Positions 39,679 to 50,433 are shown, counted from the first letter of the stretch. The stretch is 62,736 nt of DNA from Verrucomicrobiota bacterium (GCA_038214755.1 JBBQRQ010000018.1:1-62736); one strand, 5' to 3'. A program made the numbers and translations. Notes: generated by a model not told the origin, from the letters alone.

Positions 39679-41797
39679 TCAATTTGAGCCTCTACCGCGG
39701 GTTCGGAGCCTGGGTCTTGAGGGGCATAGCAGGATGCAGCGCAATTTTGGCCGCACTCTGAACTTAGCACGGGTACGAATTGTCATCGTGAAATCTTCGG
39801 GATCGGGAAAAACTCTCTTCGCAAGAGACAATCGTTTTGATAATTCAATTTCCGAAAAATATTCCTTAAGTAGTCGCGCCTGAAGTTCTGGATTTTTCTC
39901 CCGTGCCTCGTCCACAGAAATGCTCCCATTGGTCAATGACAAGACGCGCACTTCGCCGCTCCTCGGGGTGAACTCCAACACCAAATTATTTTTCAGGTAG
40001 TAACCTTTTTCCGTTGTTCCGGTGACCAATCCGTTTTGAGTTGAATTGGAATCCAAAAGATTTTTTCCCAGGCCCGCATATTCATGATCTCCCGGCAACA
40101 GGGCCAATACCGTTGGGAGAACGTCCACTTGGCTGGCCGCGGGCGAGTCGTGTTTTTGAGCGGGGATCGAATGTGGACTATAAAAAATCAACGGAATGCG
40201 AAATCGTTCCAGAAAACTATCGCCAAAGGTGATGCTGGTATGATCAGCAATAATAACGACGAGAGTTTTTTCCCATACGGTGAGATTTTTCTCCATTCGC
40301 TCGATGAAAGCCTGGATGGAACTGTCGAGATAAGCGAAAGCGTTCAATTCCTTTTTTTGAAATGGTTTTGAAAATGTGGCAGGAACTTCCCAGGGAGAGT
40401 GAGTCGAGCAGGTCATCAAATGCGCAGTGAACGAAGTTAGACATTGCAGCATGATTTCCGCGCTCTCCTGAAAAAAATAGCCATCGAAAAGTCCGAGCTT
40501 GGTGCTGGCTGCATCCAGTTGATTTTTTTCCTGCAGAATTTTCGTGAGTTCGGAATAGTTGACAGTCTTGTAACCCTGCCCTGACATGAAGCCGATAAAG
40601 TCATCTGAACTTTGGCGGAACCCTTCAAATGAAAAGTGCATGTAGTTGCTCGCGTGCAAGACGTGTGGAAGCGAGCCATAATAACCGCTCAATTCGTAGG
40701 TGGTGAAGCGCTGGTAGGTTTGTTCATAGGAAGCTTTCGGCAAGCTGGCCACGGTAGAAACACTCCCCCGAAGTAAAATCAGCGCATTGAAACGTGTTCG
40801 GAAAATAAAGACCTCCCTGTGAAAGCTTGCGAACGAAAGGCATGACGAAGCGTCCATTCTCTTCTCGTTCCAGAACGGATTGAGAAAAACCTTCGACCTG
40901 AATAAGGATCACATTTTGGATGCGGGAGTTCGTTCGACCATGAATGGTGGTAAGGAGCGGATATTGCGCGTCGGTGGAATTGCGACCCGATATTTCGTTC
41001 CAGATTTTAAGTGCCTCGATTTCGCTCAAACGGAAACGGCCATAATTTCGGAAGTACGACGGGATTTGCAGTTGGAGGAATTCCAGAAGCGGATTGAGCA
41101 CGGCTTGGTTAAGGGCATAACGGCTAAACGTGGCGAAATATTTGCTCTCGCTGATTTTTAATTTCCATCGCAGGGACCAGCCTTGGCCACTGAATTTCAC
41201 TCCCATCAAATTAATGGCTCGTTTCGTAATGACCGGTTGCAGGGTGAGCACAATTGGCAAAATGGAAATCGCCAGCGTGCAGAGAAAAATCTTTTTGTTT
41301 CCCCACAGATCAATTTTTTCACTGGTGAATTTGCGGCTGAATCGAAAACCGGCCCAGAAGAAGAAGCCCACGGAACCAATCAGCACACAAATCAAAATCC
41401 AATGGCTTTGGCAAAACGGTATGACCGATAAATAAATTTGATAGGGTGACGTGAGGTAAGGCATCAGCAATTCGCCAGCGTTTTGGTTTCGCTCGGCAAA
41501 AGTGGAAAGGTTCGCCACGCAAATTAACAGATGCGCACCGGTGAGAAGCCAAAACCAGAGGAAAAGCTTTCGCGGTTTCAATCCGCGAAGCAAAAGTGAG
41601 ATCAACCCGGTTGCGCAAAATTCAAACCCGAGGAGGGCCAGATCAAGACGCAGGCCGCCCCAGAAAACCTGGCGCGTCTCGATCCAGGAAAGTCCGGGCG
41701 CGAATTGCCACAAAAAAATCAGGCGGTAAGCGCCGAACATAGCGAGATTGGCGAGGAACCCAAGACCGGCCAAAAAAAGGATTTTTCTTCCCGCCAT
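39679..41797 (-). pseudogene. LTA synthase/sulfatase-family membrane protein, frameshifted near 40760
   Basis: 40724..41797 has TM helices plus NVILIQVEGFS and VMPF; 39679..40857 has TCSTHSPW, YLDSSI, VIIADH, RIPL and SQVDVLPT. The break lies at G5/T3 runs. Confidence 0.8.
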
Positions 41798-41820
41798 AAA
41801 CAGTGGACTTTTTCTTCGCG

Positions 41821-42327
41821 CTATTTCTTTATCTCGCGATTTTCGAGTCCACGTTGAGTTTGTTTATCCCGGAAGCGAATATAAGCGGCGCGGTATTCGG
41901 GATATTTATTTCCAAGAATTGCCACGGCGAGCAGCGCAGCGTTGATCGCGCCAGGCTTACCAATCGCTAACGTTCCAACCGGAATTCCTCCGGGCATTTG
42001 CACCATTGAGAGAAGAGAATCCATTCCGTGCAAAGATTTGGATTCCATCGGGACGCCGAGAACGGGCAGCGCAGTTTTCGCTGCAGTCACTCCCGCGAGA
42101 TGCGCCGCGCCACCGGCCGCTGCAATTATGACTTCCAAGCCACGGTCTGCTGCGCTGGAGGCATATTCGAAAAGCAAATCCGGGGTGCGATGAGCCGAGA
42201 TGATCTGAATTTCGTGAGGGACGTTTAGTTCGGCGAGTTGCGCGGCGGCGTGTTGCATGGTTTCCCAGTCGGACTGGCTGCCCATGATAATTCCTACAAG
42301 GGGTTTTTGAGTTTCTTTCGTGGACAT
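41821..42327 (-). CDS. purE: N5-carboxyaminoimidazole ribonucleotide mutase
   Basis: Motifs [33 protein letters not shown]. Confidence 0.97.
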   Translation of the reverse strand: MSTKETQKPLVGIIMGSQSDWETMQHAAAQLAELNVPHEIQIISAHRTPDLLFEYASSAADRGLEVIIAAAGGAAHLAGVTAAKTALPVLGVPMESKSLHGMDSLLSMVQMPGGIPVGTLAIGKPGAINAALLAVAILGNKYPEYRAAYIRFRDKQTQRGLENREIKK

Positions 42328-42371
42328 AATTTTGCCGGTTCTTTACGAAACTTGATAATACGCATCGGGAA

Positions 42372-44489
42372 TCACTTCGACGCCTTTTCCAACGCATCCA
42401 AAACTATTTGCGGTGTCAAAATCGGCGGAAGCACGATGACCTCGCGGGCAGAATCGCGCGGGTAAACCAAGACCAGCGGAACTCCAGCGCGCTCCTGGCG
42501 TTTTAATTCAGCGGCGATGCGCGGGTCTTTATCCGTGAAATCTCCAAGGAACGCGACGGCGTTTATCTCTTTTAATTTTTTGCGCGTGGCCGGAATTTCC
42601 AGGCTTGTCGCCTTGTTCACCTGACAGTTAACACAGGTGTCGGCGGTGAAATCGACGAGCACGGGATGGCCTTGACCGCGCGCTTTCTCGACGCCTTCGG
42701 GACTCCACGGTTGCCAATCGATTCCATCCGCGCCTTCCTTCAGATTATTTGTGCTCGCAGAAAACGTTGCGGCCGTGCGCCAGTTCAATTTTTTTTCCAA
42801 AGCGAAAACATAACCCGCGCCAATAAGTAAAAAACAGATGACAATCGCCAAACCTTTTCGCGTGCGACCGCGTTGCACGAACTCACCCCAAACCCACGCA
42901 GCGGTGGAAAGAACAACGAGAAACAAACCGAGCCAGAGCACGCCGGATTTTCCGAAGCGCGGCGCGGTGAACCAGAAAATCCAAACGGCGGTGGCGAGCA
43001 TGGGAAAGCCCATTGCGATTTTAAATTTCTCCATCCACGCCCCAGGTCGCGGCAAAATTTTCAACCACCCGGGTTTCCAACACAAAATTACAAAGGGCGC
43101 GGCCAGTCCCAAACCGGCAGCGAGAAACATCAACAGAATGACCGCCGGTTTTTGCGTGAACGCGAAACCAATGGCGCCCGCCAGAAAAGGCGCGGTGCAT
43201 GGCGTCGCGAGAATGGTCGCTAAAACGCCATTGAAAAACGCGCCGGAGAAACCATCTTTGGCGCTGAGATTTCCCGCCGCGCCCATCACGCTGCCGCTCA
43301 AAGTGATTTCAAAAAGCCCGAAAAGATTCAGCGCGACCAGAGTGATCAAGACGGTCAGCACGACGCGGAATGTTTGGTTTTGCAGAATCATCCCCCAACT
43401 CGCCAGCCCGCCCGCTTTTTGCACGGCGATGGCCAACGCCGCGAGAACCGCAAACGAAACCAGAACGCCAACGCCGTAAAGCAAACCCAACGTCCGGACG
43501 CGCGCCGGAGATTCTTTGCTCTGGTTGACAAAACTCAAAACTTTCAGAGCGATCACCGGCAGAACGCACGGCATGATGTTTAAAATTAAACCGCCGAGAA
43601 AGGCGGAGAGCAGCATCAACCAAAGAGATTTTCTCCGGGTGATGACCGAACCGGCGCTGCTCGAGGTCGATGGTTGCAGGTTTACTTCGTAGCCCACGAC
43701 TGGTTGTCCATTTTCCAAATGCACCAGCAGGCCGGAGATTTCCTTCGGCCAATCGTTGCCTGTTTTTTTAATTTCTTTTTGCAAGCGCACCGTGCCAGCG
43801 GGGGAGGAAAGGGGTTTCGTTTCGCCGGAAATTTTTGCGTAACGATTTTTGTAGGGGAAAAAATCCCAGTCGCCCGGCAAAATGCCGGAAAGATTGACGA
43901 CCAAATTCGCGACAGAGTTCTCGGATTGTTCGAGCGAGGCCGCAATGGAAAAATCAAATTTCTTTCGCGGCAATTTTTTCTGCGCGGCGTTGATCAACTC
44001 GAAATCAAGCGATGGTTTGGAATCATTTCCGACGGAAAGTTTTGCGGCCACGGTTTTGTTTCCGAGCACGCAAACGGTTTCGCATTCCTGCCAGGAAATA
44101 TTTGCGCTGATTGTTTTTTCTCCGAACGAAACGTTCGCGGAAATTTTCAGAGGGGCCACCAACACTGCTTCATTGTTAAAAACGTAAGTGACGAAAGTTT
44201 CTTTTCCGGCGGGCAAAACGTCTTTTTCCGGAATGGGCCATTGCACGTCTCCTGCGGTGATTCCCTCCGGCAAGGTCCATTCAATTTCCGTGGCGGAGCC
44301 GGAGTCGCCGGCATTCGTCCAGTAAGTGTGCCAGCCGGAAGGCATTTGCATTTTCACCGCGGCGAGAATGGTTTCACCGGGCCTGGCTGATTCTGCCGAC
44401 AACATAAGTTGTACCTGAGTCTTGCTGGCAAAAAGATTTGTGGCGTTGCAGCAGCAGAGGAGAAAAAAAAGTTGCGCGGCGCGTTTCAT
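42372..44489 (-). CDS. dsbD: protein-disulfide reductase DsbD family
   Basis: Motifs GWHTYW, CETVC, LNIMPCVLPV, ATPCTAPF, and a thioredoxin-like DFTADTCVNC. Confidence 0.88.
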   Translation of the reverse strand: MKRAAQLFFLLCCCNATNLFASKTQVQLMLSAESARPGETILAAVKMQMPSGWHTYWTNAGDSGSATEIEWTLPEGITAGDVQWPIPEKDVLPAGKETFVTYVFNNEAVLVAPLKISANVSFGEKTISANISWQECETVCVLGNKTVAAKLSVGNDSKPSLDFELINAAQKKLPRKKFDFSIAASLEQSENSVANLVVNLSGILPGDWDFFPYKNRYAKISGETKPLSSPAGTVRLQKEIKKTGNDWPKEISGLLVHLENGQPVVGYEVNLQPSTSSSAGSVITRRKSLWLMLLSAFLGGLILNIMPCVLPVIALKVLSFVNQSKESPARVRTLGLLYGVGVLVSFAVLAALAIAVQKAGGLASWGMILQNQTFRVVLTVLITLVALNLFGLFEITLSGSVMGAAGNLSAKDGFSGAFFNGVLATILATPCTAPFLAGAIGFAFTQKPAVILLMFLAAGLGLAAPFVILCWKPGWLKILPRPGAWMEKFKIAMGFPMLATAVWIFWFTAPRFGKSGVLWLGLFLVVLSTAAWVWGEFVQRGRTRKGLAIVICFLLIGAGYVFALEKKLNWRTAATFSASTNNLKEGADGIDWQPWSPEGVEKARGQGHPVLVDFTADTCVNCQVNKATSLEIPATRKKLKEINAVAFLGDFTDKDPRIAAELKRQERAGVPLVLVYPRDSAREVIVLPPILTPQIVLDALEKASK

Positions 44490-44517
44490 AAAAAAGATTC
44501 AGGACAAACGCCTTGCT

Positions 44518-44649
44518 GTTGGAGTTCAAGCTTCAGCTTGTTCCGCCGGTCTTGGAACGCCGATCTCCTGATCGGCAGAAATCGGTGGGCATCAGCGGGC
44601 CGATCGGGAGATCGGCGTTCCGGGAACAAATTGAAGCTTTGACTCCAAC
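44518..44649. repeat. nested REP doublets
   Basis: Outer GTTGGAGTTCAAGCTTCAGCTTGTTCC / GGAACAAATTGAAGCTTTGACTCCAAC; inner GGAACGCCGATCTCC doublet at 44554-44621. Confidence 0.8.
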
Positions 44650-44715
44650 GGGAACATTTTTCGAACGTCACGAACAATAGATGCCCGAACGGTGAAATAA
44701 TTTGAAACTAATTCG

Positions 44716-45855
44716 TTGGCTCCTAGACTCCGCGCCGTGCGTTCTGATTCTTCCTTTCAATGGCTTCGAACCGGCGATGAGGCTTTCGCCGAGATGTTGG
44801 AGGCAATCGATGGCGCGAAAATTTCCGTCCGGTTGGAGATGTATATTTTTCATTCGGGCGGGATTGGAGACCAGTTTCGCGACGCGTTGATTCGAGCCTG
44901 CCAGCGCGGAGTGCGGGTCCATGTTCTCATCGATGCGCTCGGCTCAATCGCGCTGGCCGAAAGTTTTTGGACAACGCTCCAGACCAGCGGTGGTCATTTT
45001 CGTTGGTTCAATCGATTGAGCCTGGCCCATTTGGGCATGCGCAATCATCGGAAAAGTCTGGTGTGCGATGAGGCTATCGCCACCGTGGGCGGATTTAATA
45101 TCGCTCCGGTGTATCAAGGCGACGGCCTCGCTGCCGGTTGGCGCGATTTTGGGCTGAAAATTTCCGGCCCGCTCGCCCAACATCTGGCGGCGGCATTTGA
45201 CGAGATGTTCGCCATTGCGGAATCCAAGGCCAAGCCGTTCGCGCCTCTTCGTAAATCGCGCCAGTCGAAAATCGTGAGCGTGCGTGAGGCAGAACTTTTA
45301 TTGAGCGTGCCGGGTCGAACCCGCAATCCGATGAAGCGGGCGTTGCGGATGGACCTGGGGCGCGCGCGCGATGTCCAAATTATTTGCGCCTATTTTTTGC
45401 CGAACTGGAGAATCCGCCGCGATCTGCTTCGGGTGGTGCGGCGTGGGGGGCGAGTGCAACTCATTCTGGCGGGCAAAAGCGATGTGCCGCTTTCACGACT
45501 GGCCGCGCGAAGTTTTTTTACGCGGTTGCTCCGTGGGGGAATTGAGATTTACGAATATCAACCGCAAATTTTGCACGCGAAAATGTTCATCATTGACAAG
45601 GCGGTTTACGCCGGGTCGTCCAATCTGGACACCCGCAGTTTGGAATTGAATTACGAACTGCTCGTCCGGTTGACGGAGCCAAAAACGGTGGAGGAAGCGC
45701 GCCTGATGTTTTCCGGTGACTTGCCACATTGCGAGAAAATAGATCTGGAGCTTTGGAAAAAGACACGAACTTTTTGGGATCAACTTAAAGGGCGTTGGGC
45801 GGGTTTTCTTTTGGCGCGAGTCGATCCGTATTTCTCACGGCGGAAGTGGAAGTAG
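44716..45855 (+). CDS. clsB: cardiolipin synthase B / phospholipase D family
   Basis: Two HKD motifs (RNHRKSLVCD, LHAKMFIID) and GSSNLD; no N-terminal TM helices. Confidence 0.8.
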   Translation: MAPRLRAVRSDSSFQWLRTGDEAFAEMLEAIDGAKISVRLEMYIFHSGGIGDQFRDALIRACQRGVRVHVLIDALGSIALAESFWTTLQTSGGHFRWFNRLSLAHLGMRNHRKSLVCDEAIATVGGFNIAPVYQGDGLAAGWRDFGLKISGPLAQHLAAAFDEMFAIAESKAKPFAPLRKSRQSKIVSVREAELLLSVPGRTRNPMKRALRMDLGRARDVQIICAYFLPNWRIRRDLLRVVRRGGRVQLILAGKSDVPLSRLAARSFFTRLLRGGIEIYEYQPQILHAKMFIIDKAVYAGSSNLDTRSLELNYELLVRLTEPKTVEEARLMFSGDLPHCEKIDLELWKKTRTFWDQLKGRWAGFLLARVDPYFSRRKWK

Positions 45856-45994
45856 GCCCGCACCACGGGCGCTTCCCAGGTTCTCCGCCCCCCTGTTCCC
45901 GGTTTCGGGGAAACTTCAAGTTCTTGTTCCCGCGATAACCCAGACAAATGATTCATTCGTGTCTCAGACGGTCCCTAAAGATAAAAGTTTCATC

Positions 45995-46114
45995 ATGGCA
46001 AAAGTTTTCACACAGACTCGCGCTGAAGTCCGCCGAAGACTTGCTAAGAATTCGGAGATTTATCACGGCATCAATGGCCCTCGCCCGAAGGTCACGCAAC
46101 TGGACCTCGTTTGA
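45995..46114 (+). CDS. candidate 39-aa small protein
   Basis: MAKVFTQTRAEVRRRLAKNSEIYHGINGPRPKVTQLDLV*. Below the ORF-track cutoff; fills the clsB-lepA gap. Confidence 0.4.
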   Translation: MAKVFTQTRAEVRRRLAKNSEIYHGINGPRPKVTQLDLV

Positions 46115-46291
46115 TTTGAAATCCAGACCCACCAAGCCGTGCTCGTTTTCACGGAGCAAATTTTCTTTCCTTCAATCACTTTGCCTCTATCTTGCCGCGC
46201 TCGGTAAATGCGTTGAATCGTTAAAAAGGTTGAATCGTTGAATTACGAATTACGATTCAACGATTTAACGATCCAATGGTGTAACAAAGAC

Positions 46292-46426
46292 ATGGACGCG
46301 GCGCACATTAGAAATTTCAGCATCATCGCCCACATCGATCACGGGAAGACCACGCTTTCAGACCGCCTTTTGCATTCGACGGGGACCATCGCCACGCGCG
46401 ACATGGAGGAGCAGGGACTTCGATAA
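46292..46426 (+). pseudogene. lepA: 5' fragment of elongation factor 4, truncated at an island junction
   Basis: [41 protein letters not shown], then GLR* instead of the expected LLDSMDLERERGITIK. Confidence 0.88.
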
Positions 46427-46430
46427 AGAC

Positions 46431-46459
46431 AAAAAACCGAACGGTGCTACTCCGTTCGG
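46431..46459 (-). terminator. rho-independent terminator
   Basis: CCGAACGG-loop-CCGTTCGG hairpin followed by T6 on the minus strand. Confidence 0.75.
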
Positions 46460-46483
46460 CGTTGTTAGGGGATAAAAAGCGGC

Positions 46484-46864
46484 TTATGCAGCTAATTTCA
46501 CCACAGTAGGTTCTACGCTGGGACGCTGATGCTTCATGCCGGTCTTACGTTCGCTTTTGCGCACGTAACCCATCGCGGCATACAACGAACTATCTTCGCC
46601 GTGTTCGGGATCGCCTTTGATGGAATTGACTACCATAAGGATGGCGTCATTGGATTCCTGATCTGCGGTAGCGCGTTTATCCAATGCAATCGCGAGCTGA
46701 CTATCCAGTGTCTCAGCCTCAGTGCGGACATCCAGAGACGGCTGTACTTTGGTCTTGAACTTCGCCAAGGTGAACCCGCCGAAAGACGCATCCGACGCCA
46801 GACTATCCCAGGCTGTAACGACCGCATTTATTTTCGTTTCAATTTCTTTAGGAGCTAAGGGCAT
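46484..46864 (-). CDS. hypothetical helical protein with basic C-terminus
   Basis: Strong RBS AAGGAGGTGA 6 nt before the ATG; C-terminal SSLYAAMGYVRKSERKTG. Confidence 0.75.
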   Translation of the reverse strand: MPLAPKEIETKINAVVTAWDSLASDASFGGFTLAKFKTKVQPSLDVRTEAETLDSQLAIALDKRATADQESNDAILMVVNSIKGDPEHGEDSSLYAAMGYVRKSERKTGMKHQRPSVEPTVVKLAA

Positions 46865-47452
46865 ACTATTTCACCTCCTTCCAATTACATCTGCGGAGGG
46901 TTTAGCAGGAAAGAAGCCAACCAACAGAATTCGATAGATCAGCGGTGACCGCAACGGATTTGTAGAGTTTTTAGACGCGCGACAGCGGTAAATCCCACGA
47001 TAGAGACAAGAAAATCTAAAAACAGGAGTTAGGCATCCCTCCGTTTTTAACGGGCCAAACCAACATCAAACCTCGGGTGGAATCTCCCTTAGGAACCGTT
47101 CACGCTTTTCGTCCGGCAACACTAACGGCAAGAATGTTCCTTTGGAGTGCCCCTATTGACGAAAGTCTGTGCCGAATCGAGCTTAGGCTAGAGCCAGCGC
47201 AGTCGCGCTTCTAACTCGGTTAGCAGGAAATCTTTGGTGACGGCGAAGAATTTTCCGAGGTTGACCTGGACAGCACTGGATGTGGGTGGCCCGTGTGTTG
47301 AAGCGTTCGGAATGATAAGTGAAAACTCCTCTCCTTCGGGACAGGGCAGGTCAGTAACGTGAAGCTGTTGCTGGCACCAAAATAGAAAAGTTGGTCAAAA
47401 GCCTGCTATTGGTTGCCGTCTGTTACATTCGTCGTCGTGCCAGTGTTGTCCG

Positions 47453-48607
47453 TCATTTGATCTCAAGCGTCCATGCTTCTGGATAAATGAATTCTTGGTC
47501 AAGAGCACTGCAAAGCCTAAACTGGAGAAAATTGGTGCCTTTCAATAACCTCACTGGGCTCGAAAATACAATATCGCCTTCGTCATTTTTTTTGCCATCA
47601 GCCAGCGGCAGCCATGTTTCTGCATTCCTTTCAGAGCTTGTAATTCGAAATTCAATGGCACCGGAGAAGCTTTGATTATAATCGTTTTCTGAAATTTCAA
47701 TTCTCAGTTGCGCAAATTCTTCTGGGGGCCACGGGTCGATTCTTGCGCTCAAAACGAAGTTGTCGGGTAACTGCCAAAAAGTGCTCCTTTTAGCAATCAC
47801 TTCGGACTCTTCCGTTTCATTTCCTCGCTTTGCACACGCGTTCCGAAGCATATTAGTTAATTCTTCTGCTTTCTCTTCAAGGGCGATATCTAAGGCAGTT
47901 TTCCCATCGAGGGACTTGACATTTACATCGGCTCCAGCTTCCAGAAGCACTCGCGTTACATCTGCATCTTTGCTTCTGGCTGCAGCCATCAATGCCGTCC
48001 ATCTGCCATAGCCAATATGGCTAGGATCAGCACCAGTCTTCAGCAAGAGACTTACCATGTCCAATCTCCCCTGAAGCGCCGCTGACGCCAAGGCACTGTC
48101 TTTTCCTGATTCTGCATTCACAACGGCCCCAGCTTGCAAGAGAGCTTCTACAACTTTTATGTTTTTGCCGTCCACAGCCGCAACGAGAGGCCCGCGCATG
48201 AATCCCTTGCCAGAAGAGAGATTCGGGTCTGCACCCTTAGAAAGCAAAAATTTCACGATCTCTTCCTTCCCAGACAAGGCGGCATACTCCAATGCCGTTG
48301 CGCCATTCTTATTGTGCTTGTTAATGTCGGCACCTAGTTGCAATAATAACTGAATATGTTCGAGTGTTTTGGCGAGCATCAACGCAGTGAAACCGTGCTG
48401 ATCGCGAACATTCACGCCTGCTCCGCATTTTACTAATTCACGAGTGGCTCCGATCTGATTGTGTTCGGTTGCGAAATGTAACGGTGTCCAGCCGTCTTTC
48501 TTGGCATTTACATCTGCGCCTGCAGTGACAAACCGTTGAATAGCTAATACATCACCTCGCTTGGATGCACTCCATAAGTCTTTTGGACCGAACAAACTTT
48601 CAAGCAT
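47453..48607 (-). CDS. ankyrin-repeat protein, putative immunity for the orphan Rhs-CT
   Basis: Repeated GWTPLH, GFTALM, GATALE and GKTALD units plus a C-terminal non-ankyrin domain. Lies immediately downstream of the toxin. Confidence 0.85.
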   Translation of the reverse strand: MLESLFGPKDLWSASKRGDVLAIQRFVTAGADVNAKKDGWTPLHFATEHNQIGATRELVKCGAGVNVRDQHGFTALMLAKTLEHIQLLLQLGADINKHNKNGATALEYAALSGKEEIVKFLLSKGADPNLSSGKGFMRGPLVAAVDGKNIKVVEALLQAGAVVNAESGKDSALASAALQGRLDMVSLLLKTGADPSHIGYGRWTALMAAARSKDADVTRVLLEAGADVNVKSLDGKTALDIALEEKAEELTNMLRNACAKRGNETEESEVIAKRSTFWQLPDNFVLSARIDPWPPEEFAQLRIEISENDYNQSFSGAIEFRITSSERNAETWLPLADGKKNDEGDIVFSSPVRLLKGTNFLQFRLCSALDQEFIYPEAWTLEIK

Positions 48608-48621
48608 AAAATTTAGCAAAA

Positions 48622-50433
48622 TTACTTAAGCCTCTTACCTGGAAAGCTTTGCAAACTAAACACAACGGCAACCACTCCATGTCTTGTGGCTTCTCTGCCA
48701 ACGATTACACGAGCATCTTTGATCGCTTGAGAGTTCTTCCCTCCCGTTAGAGCCACGAAAGCCGCGACTTTGGCAAGCTGATGCTTTGCTGCATACTTCA
48801 GAATTGCGTCCAGTTGCCCCTTCTTTTTCGTACCGCCATAAGCAATAAGTGTTTGCTCTCGCAATTTGATTTCCACGGTAAGCCATTCTTTATTCGGGGA
48901 ATTGTCTGCGCCAATTGGATCGCGCGGGCCGATTATTATGTCAGGTCGGCGTATTTTGTTTCGGATTTTTAAAGCTTGATTATAGTTATGACAGCTAAGG
49001 CCGTTGTCAACAGGATTGCCCGACTCTTCATGAACACCGACTTCAAAGTGAAACCATCCAATATCGGCGAGGCAAAGTGTGCTTTTGATAATACCTTCAA
49101 ATGCTCTACCACCCTTAACATCCTTCCAAGGATCGAAATTCCCGGGCAAGTATGCTTTGATTAAATCAGTGAACTTGCTTACAAAAAAGGATTGTACTTT
49201 GTCTCTAGCCCAACTTCTTGCGTAGGTGATAGCCGCAGTTTTGAACGCAGCTAATCCTTCCTGTATCAGACCAACAATATTGATCTCGGGCATGGAAAAT
49301 AATCCACTCAAATCACGCTGGATATAACCATTATTGTTTGCATAGATATAAGGGGGCAGGGTTTCTGGAAATTTGAAATCACCTCCTGCCGGATCCCTAC
49401 TTGTAAATCTCCCCAACCGTGCGTCATATTCTCTCGCCCGCATGTTATAGAGGCCGCTGCCTTCTTCCAGCCACGCTCCATGGAAACGGAAGTCTCCTCC
49501 CGTCCCACTCGGCGCATTGGTCGTGCCGCTCTGACTCCGCACATTTCCAAATCCATCGTAGTTGAAATTCGCCACCGTCGCCGTGCCCGCGCTGTTGGCC
49601 AGTGCCGCCACACTCCCCATCGCATCTTCCAAATAATAAATCCGATTGCCCGCTCCATCAAAGCGCAGCAGCGGTTGATCCCCCACATACACATACCCTT
49701 GCTGCACTGTCCCGCCCGCGTTCGCAATCAGATGCGGACTTTCCAGATCACTGCCCGGTGTCGGCGCAACCAACCATCGCCTCACCGTGCCAGCGGAGTT
49801 GGTCGAAATCGTTCTGCGCCCATTGGCATCATGGACGTAGCTCACCCAAGTTGCTCCGTTGGTCACCGCAATCACCTGATCCGATGTGTTGTAACCGAGA
49901 TTCAACGTGGCGCTGTCACGGGTGATTGACGTCACACGCCCGCCATCGTCGTAGCCATAACTTTCAGCTTGGATTCCGCTGGAAGCATTCGTCACTCCCT
50001 TGATGCGATAGCCACCCGATACACCGTTCGTCAACGTCACTCCGCTTTTCACGAGGTTTGTCCGATTCCCAGCCGCATCGTAACCGTAGCTGATTTCATC
50101 CGTCACAGAGCCGCCACTCGCTTTATAGACTTCATTAGTCAATCGCCATGCCGCGTCATACTTCAATTCCACGTAAGTCCCGTCCTCACGCGTGATCCGG
50201 TTCGGTTCACCGCCCCCGTTGCGCACATACCCGAAGGACGCCAGCACGCTCCCGCCACTTGTCTTGTGCACGATGTTCGTCACCCGGTCGCGCCAATCGT
50301 ATTGCCACTCCGTCACCACTCCATTGGGCAACGTCCGCTTGGTTCGCCGTCCCACACGATCATATTCCAACTTCGTATTCCCGTTGAACGGATCAATCAC
50401 GTTCGTCACGCTCCCCGACAAATCATATTTCAT
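48622..50433 (-). CDS. orphan Rhs core fragment with PD-(D/E)XK-like toxin tip
   Basis: ~1.1 kb near-copy of the main Rhs core end (YNMRAREYDARLGRFTSRDP), then DLSG, then a 225-aa tip with RPDIIIG...VEIK. Confidence 0.88.
   Translation of the reverse strand: MKYDLSGSVTNVIDPFNGNTKLEYDRVGRRTKRTLPNGVVTEWQYDWRDRVTNIVHKTSGGSVLASFGYVRNGGGEPNRITREDGTYVELKYDAAWRLTNEVYKASGGSVTDEISYGYDAAGNRTNLVKSGVTLTNGVSGGYRIKGVTNASSGIQAESYGYDDGGRVTSITRDSATLNLGYNTSDQVIAVTNGATWVSYVHDANGRRTISTNSAGTVRRWLVAPTPGSDLESPHLIANAGGTVQQGYVYVGDQPLLRFDGAGNRIYYLEDAMGSVAALANSAGTATVANFNYDGFGNVRSQSGTTNAPSGTGGDFRFHGAWLEEGSGLYNMRAREYDARLGRFTSRDPAGGDFKFPETLPPYIYANNNGYIQRDLSGLFSMPEINIVGLIQEGLAAFKTAAITYARSWARDKVQSFFVSKFTDLIKAYLPGNFDPWKDVKGGRAFEGIIKSTLCLADIGWFHFEVGVHEESGNPVDNGLSCHNYNQALKIRNKIRRPDIIIGPRDPIGADNSPNKEWLTVEIKLREQTLIAYGGTKKKGQLDAILKYAAKHQLAKVAAFVALTGGKNSQAIKDARVIVGREATRHGVVAVVFSLQSFPGKRLK

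Noticed and set aside
46212..46275. Riboswitch or leader upstream of lepA
   Set aside because: It is an inverted array of short GTTGAATC/GATTCAAC-type repeats like others in the window.
46900..47450. Possible ncRNA or gene remnant in the island
   Set aside because: Only short inverted repeats and a start-less frame of about 65 codons are seen; nothing can be assigned.
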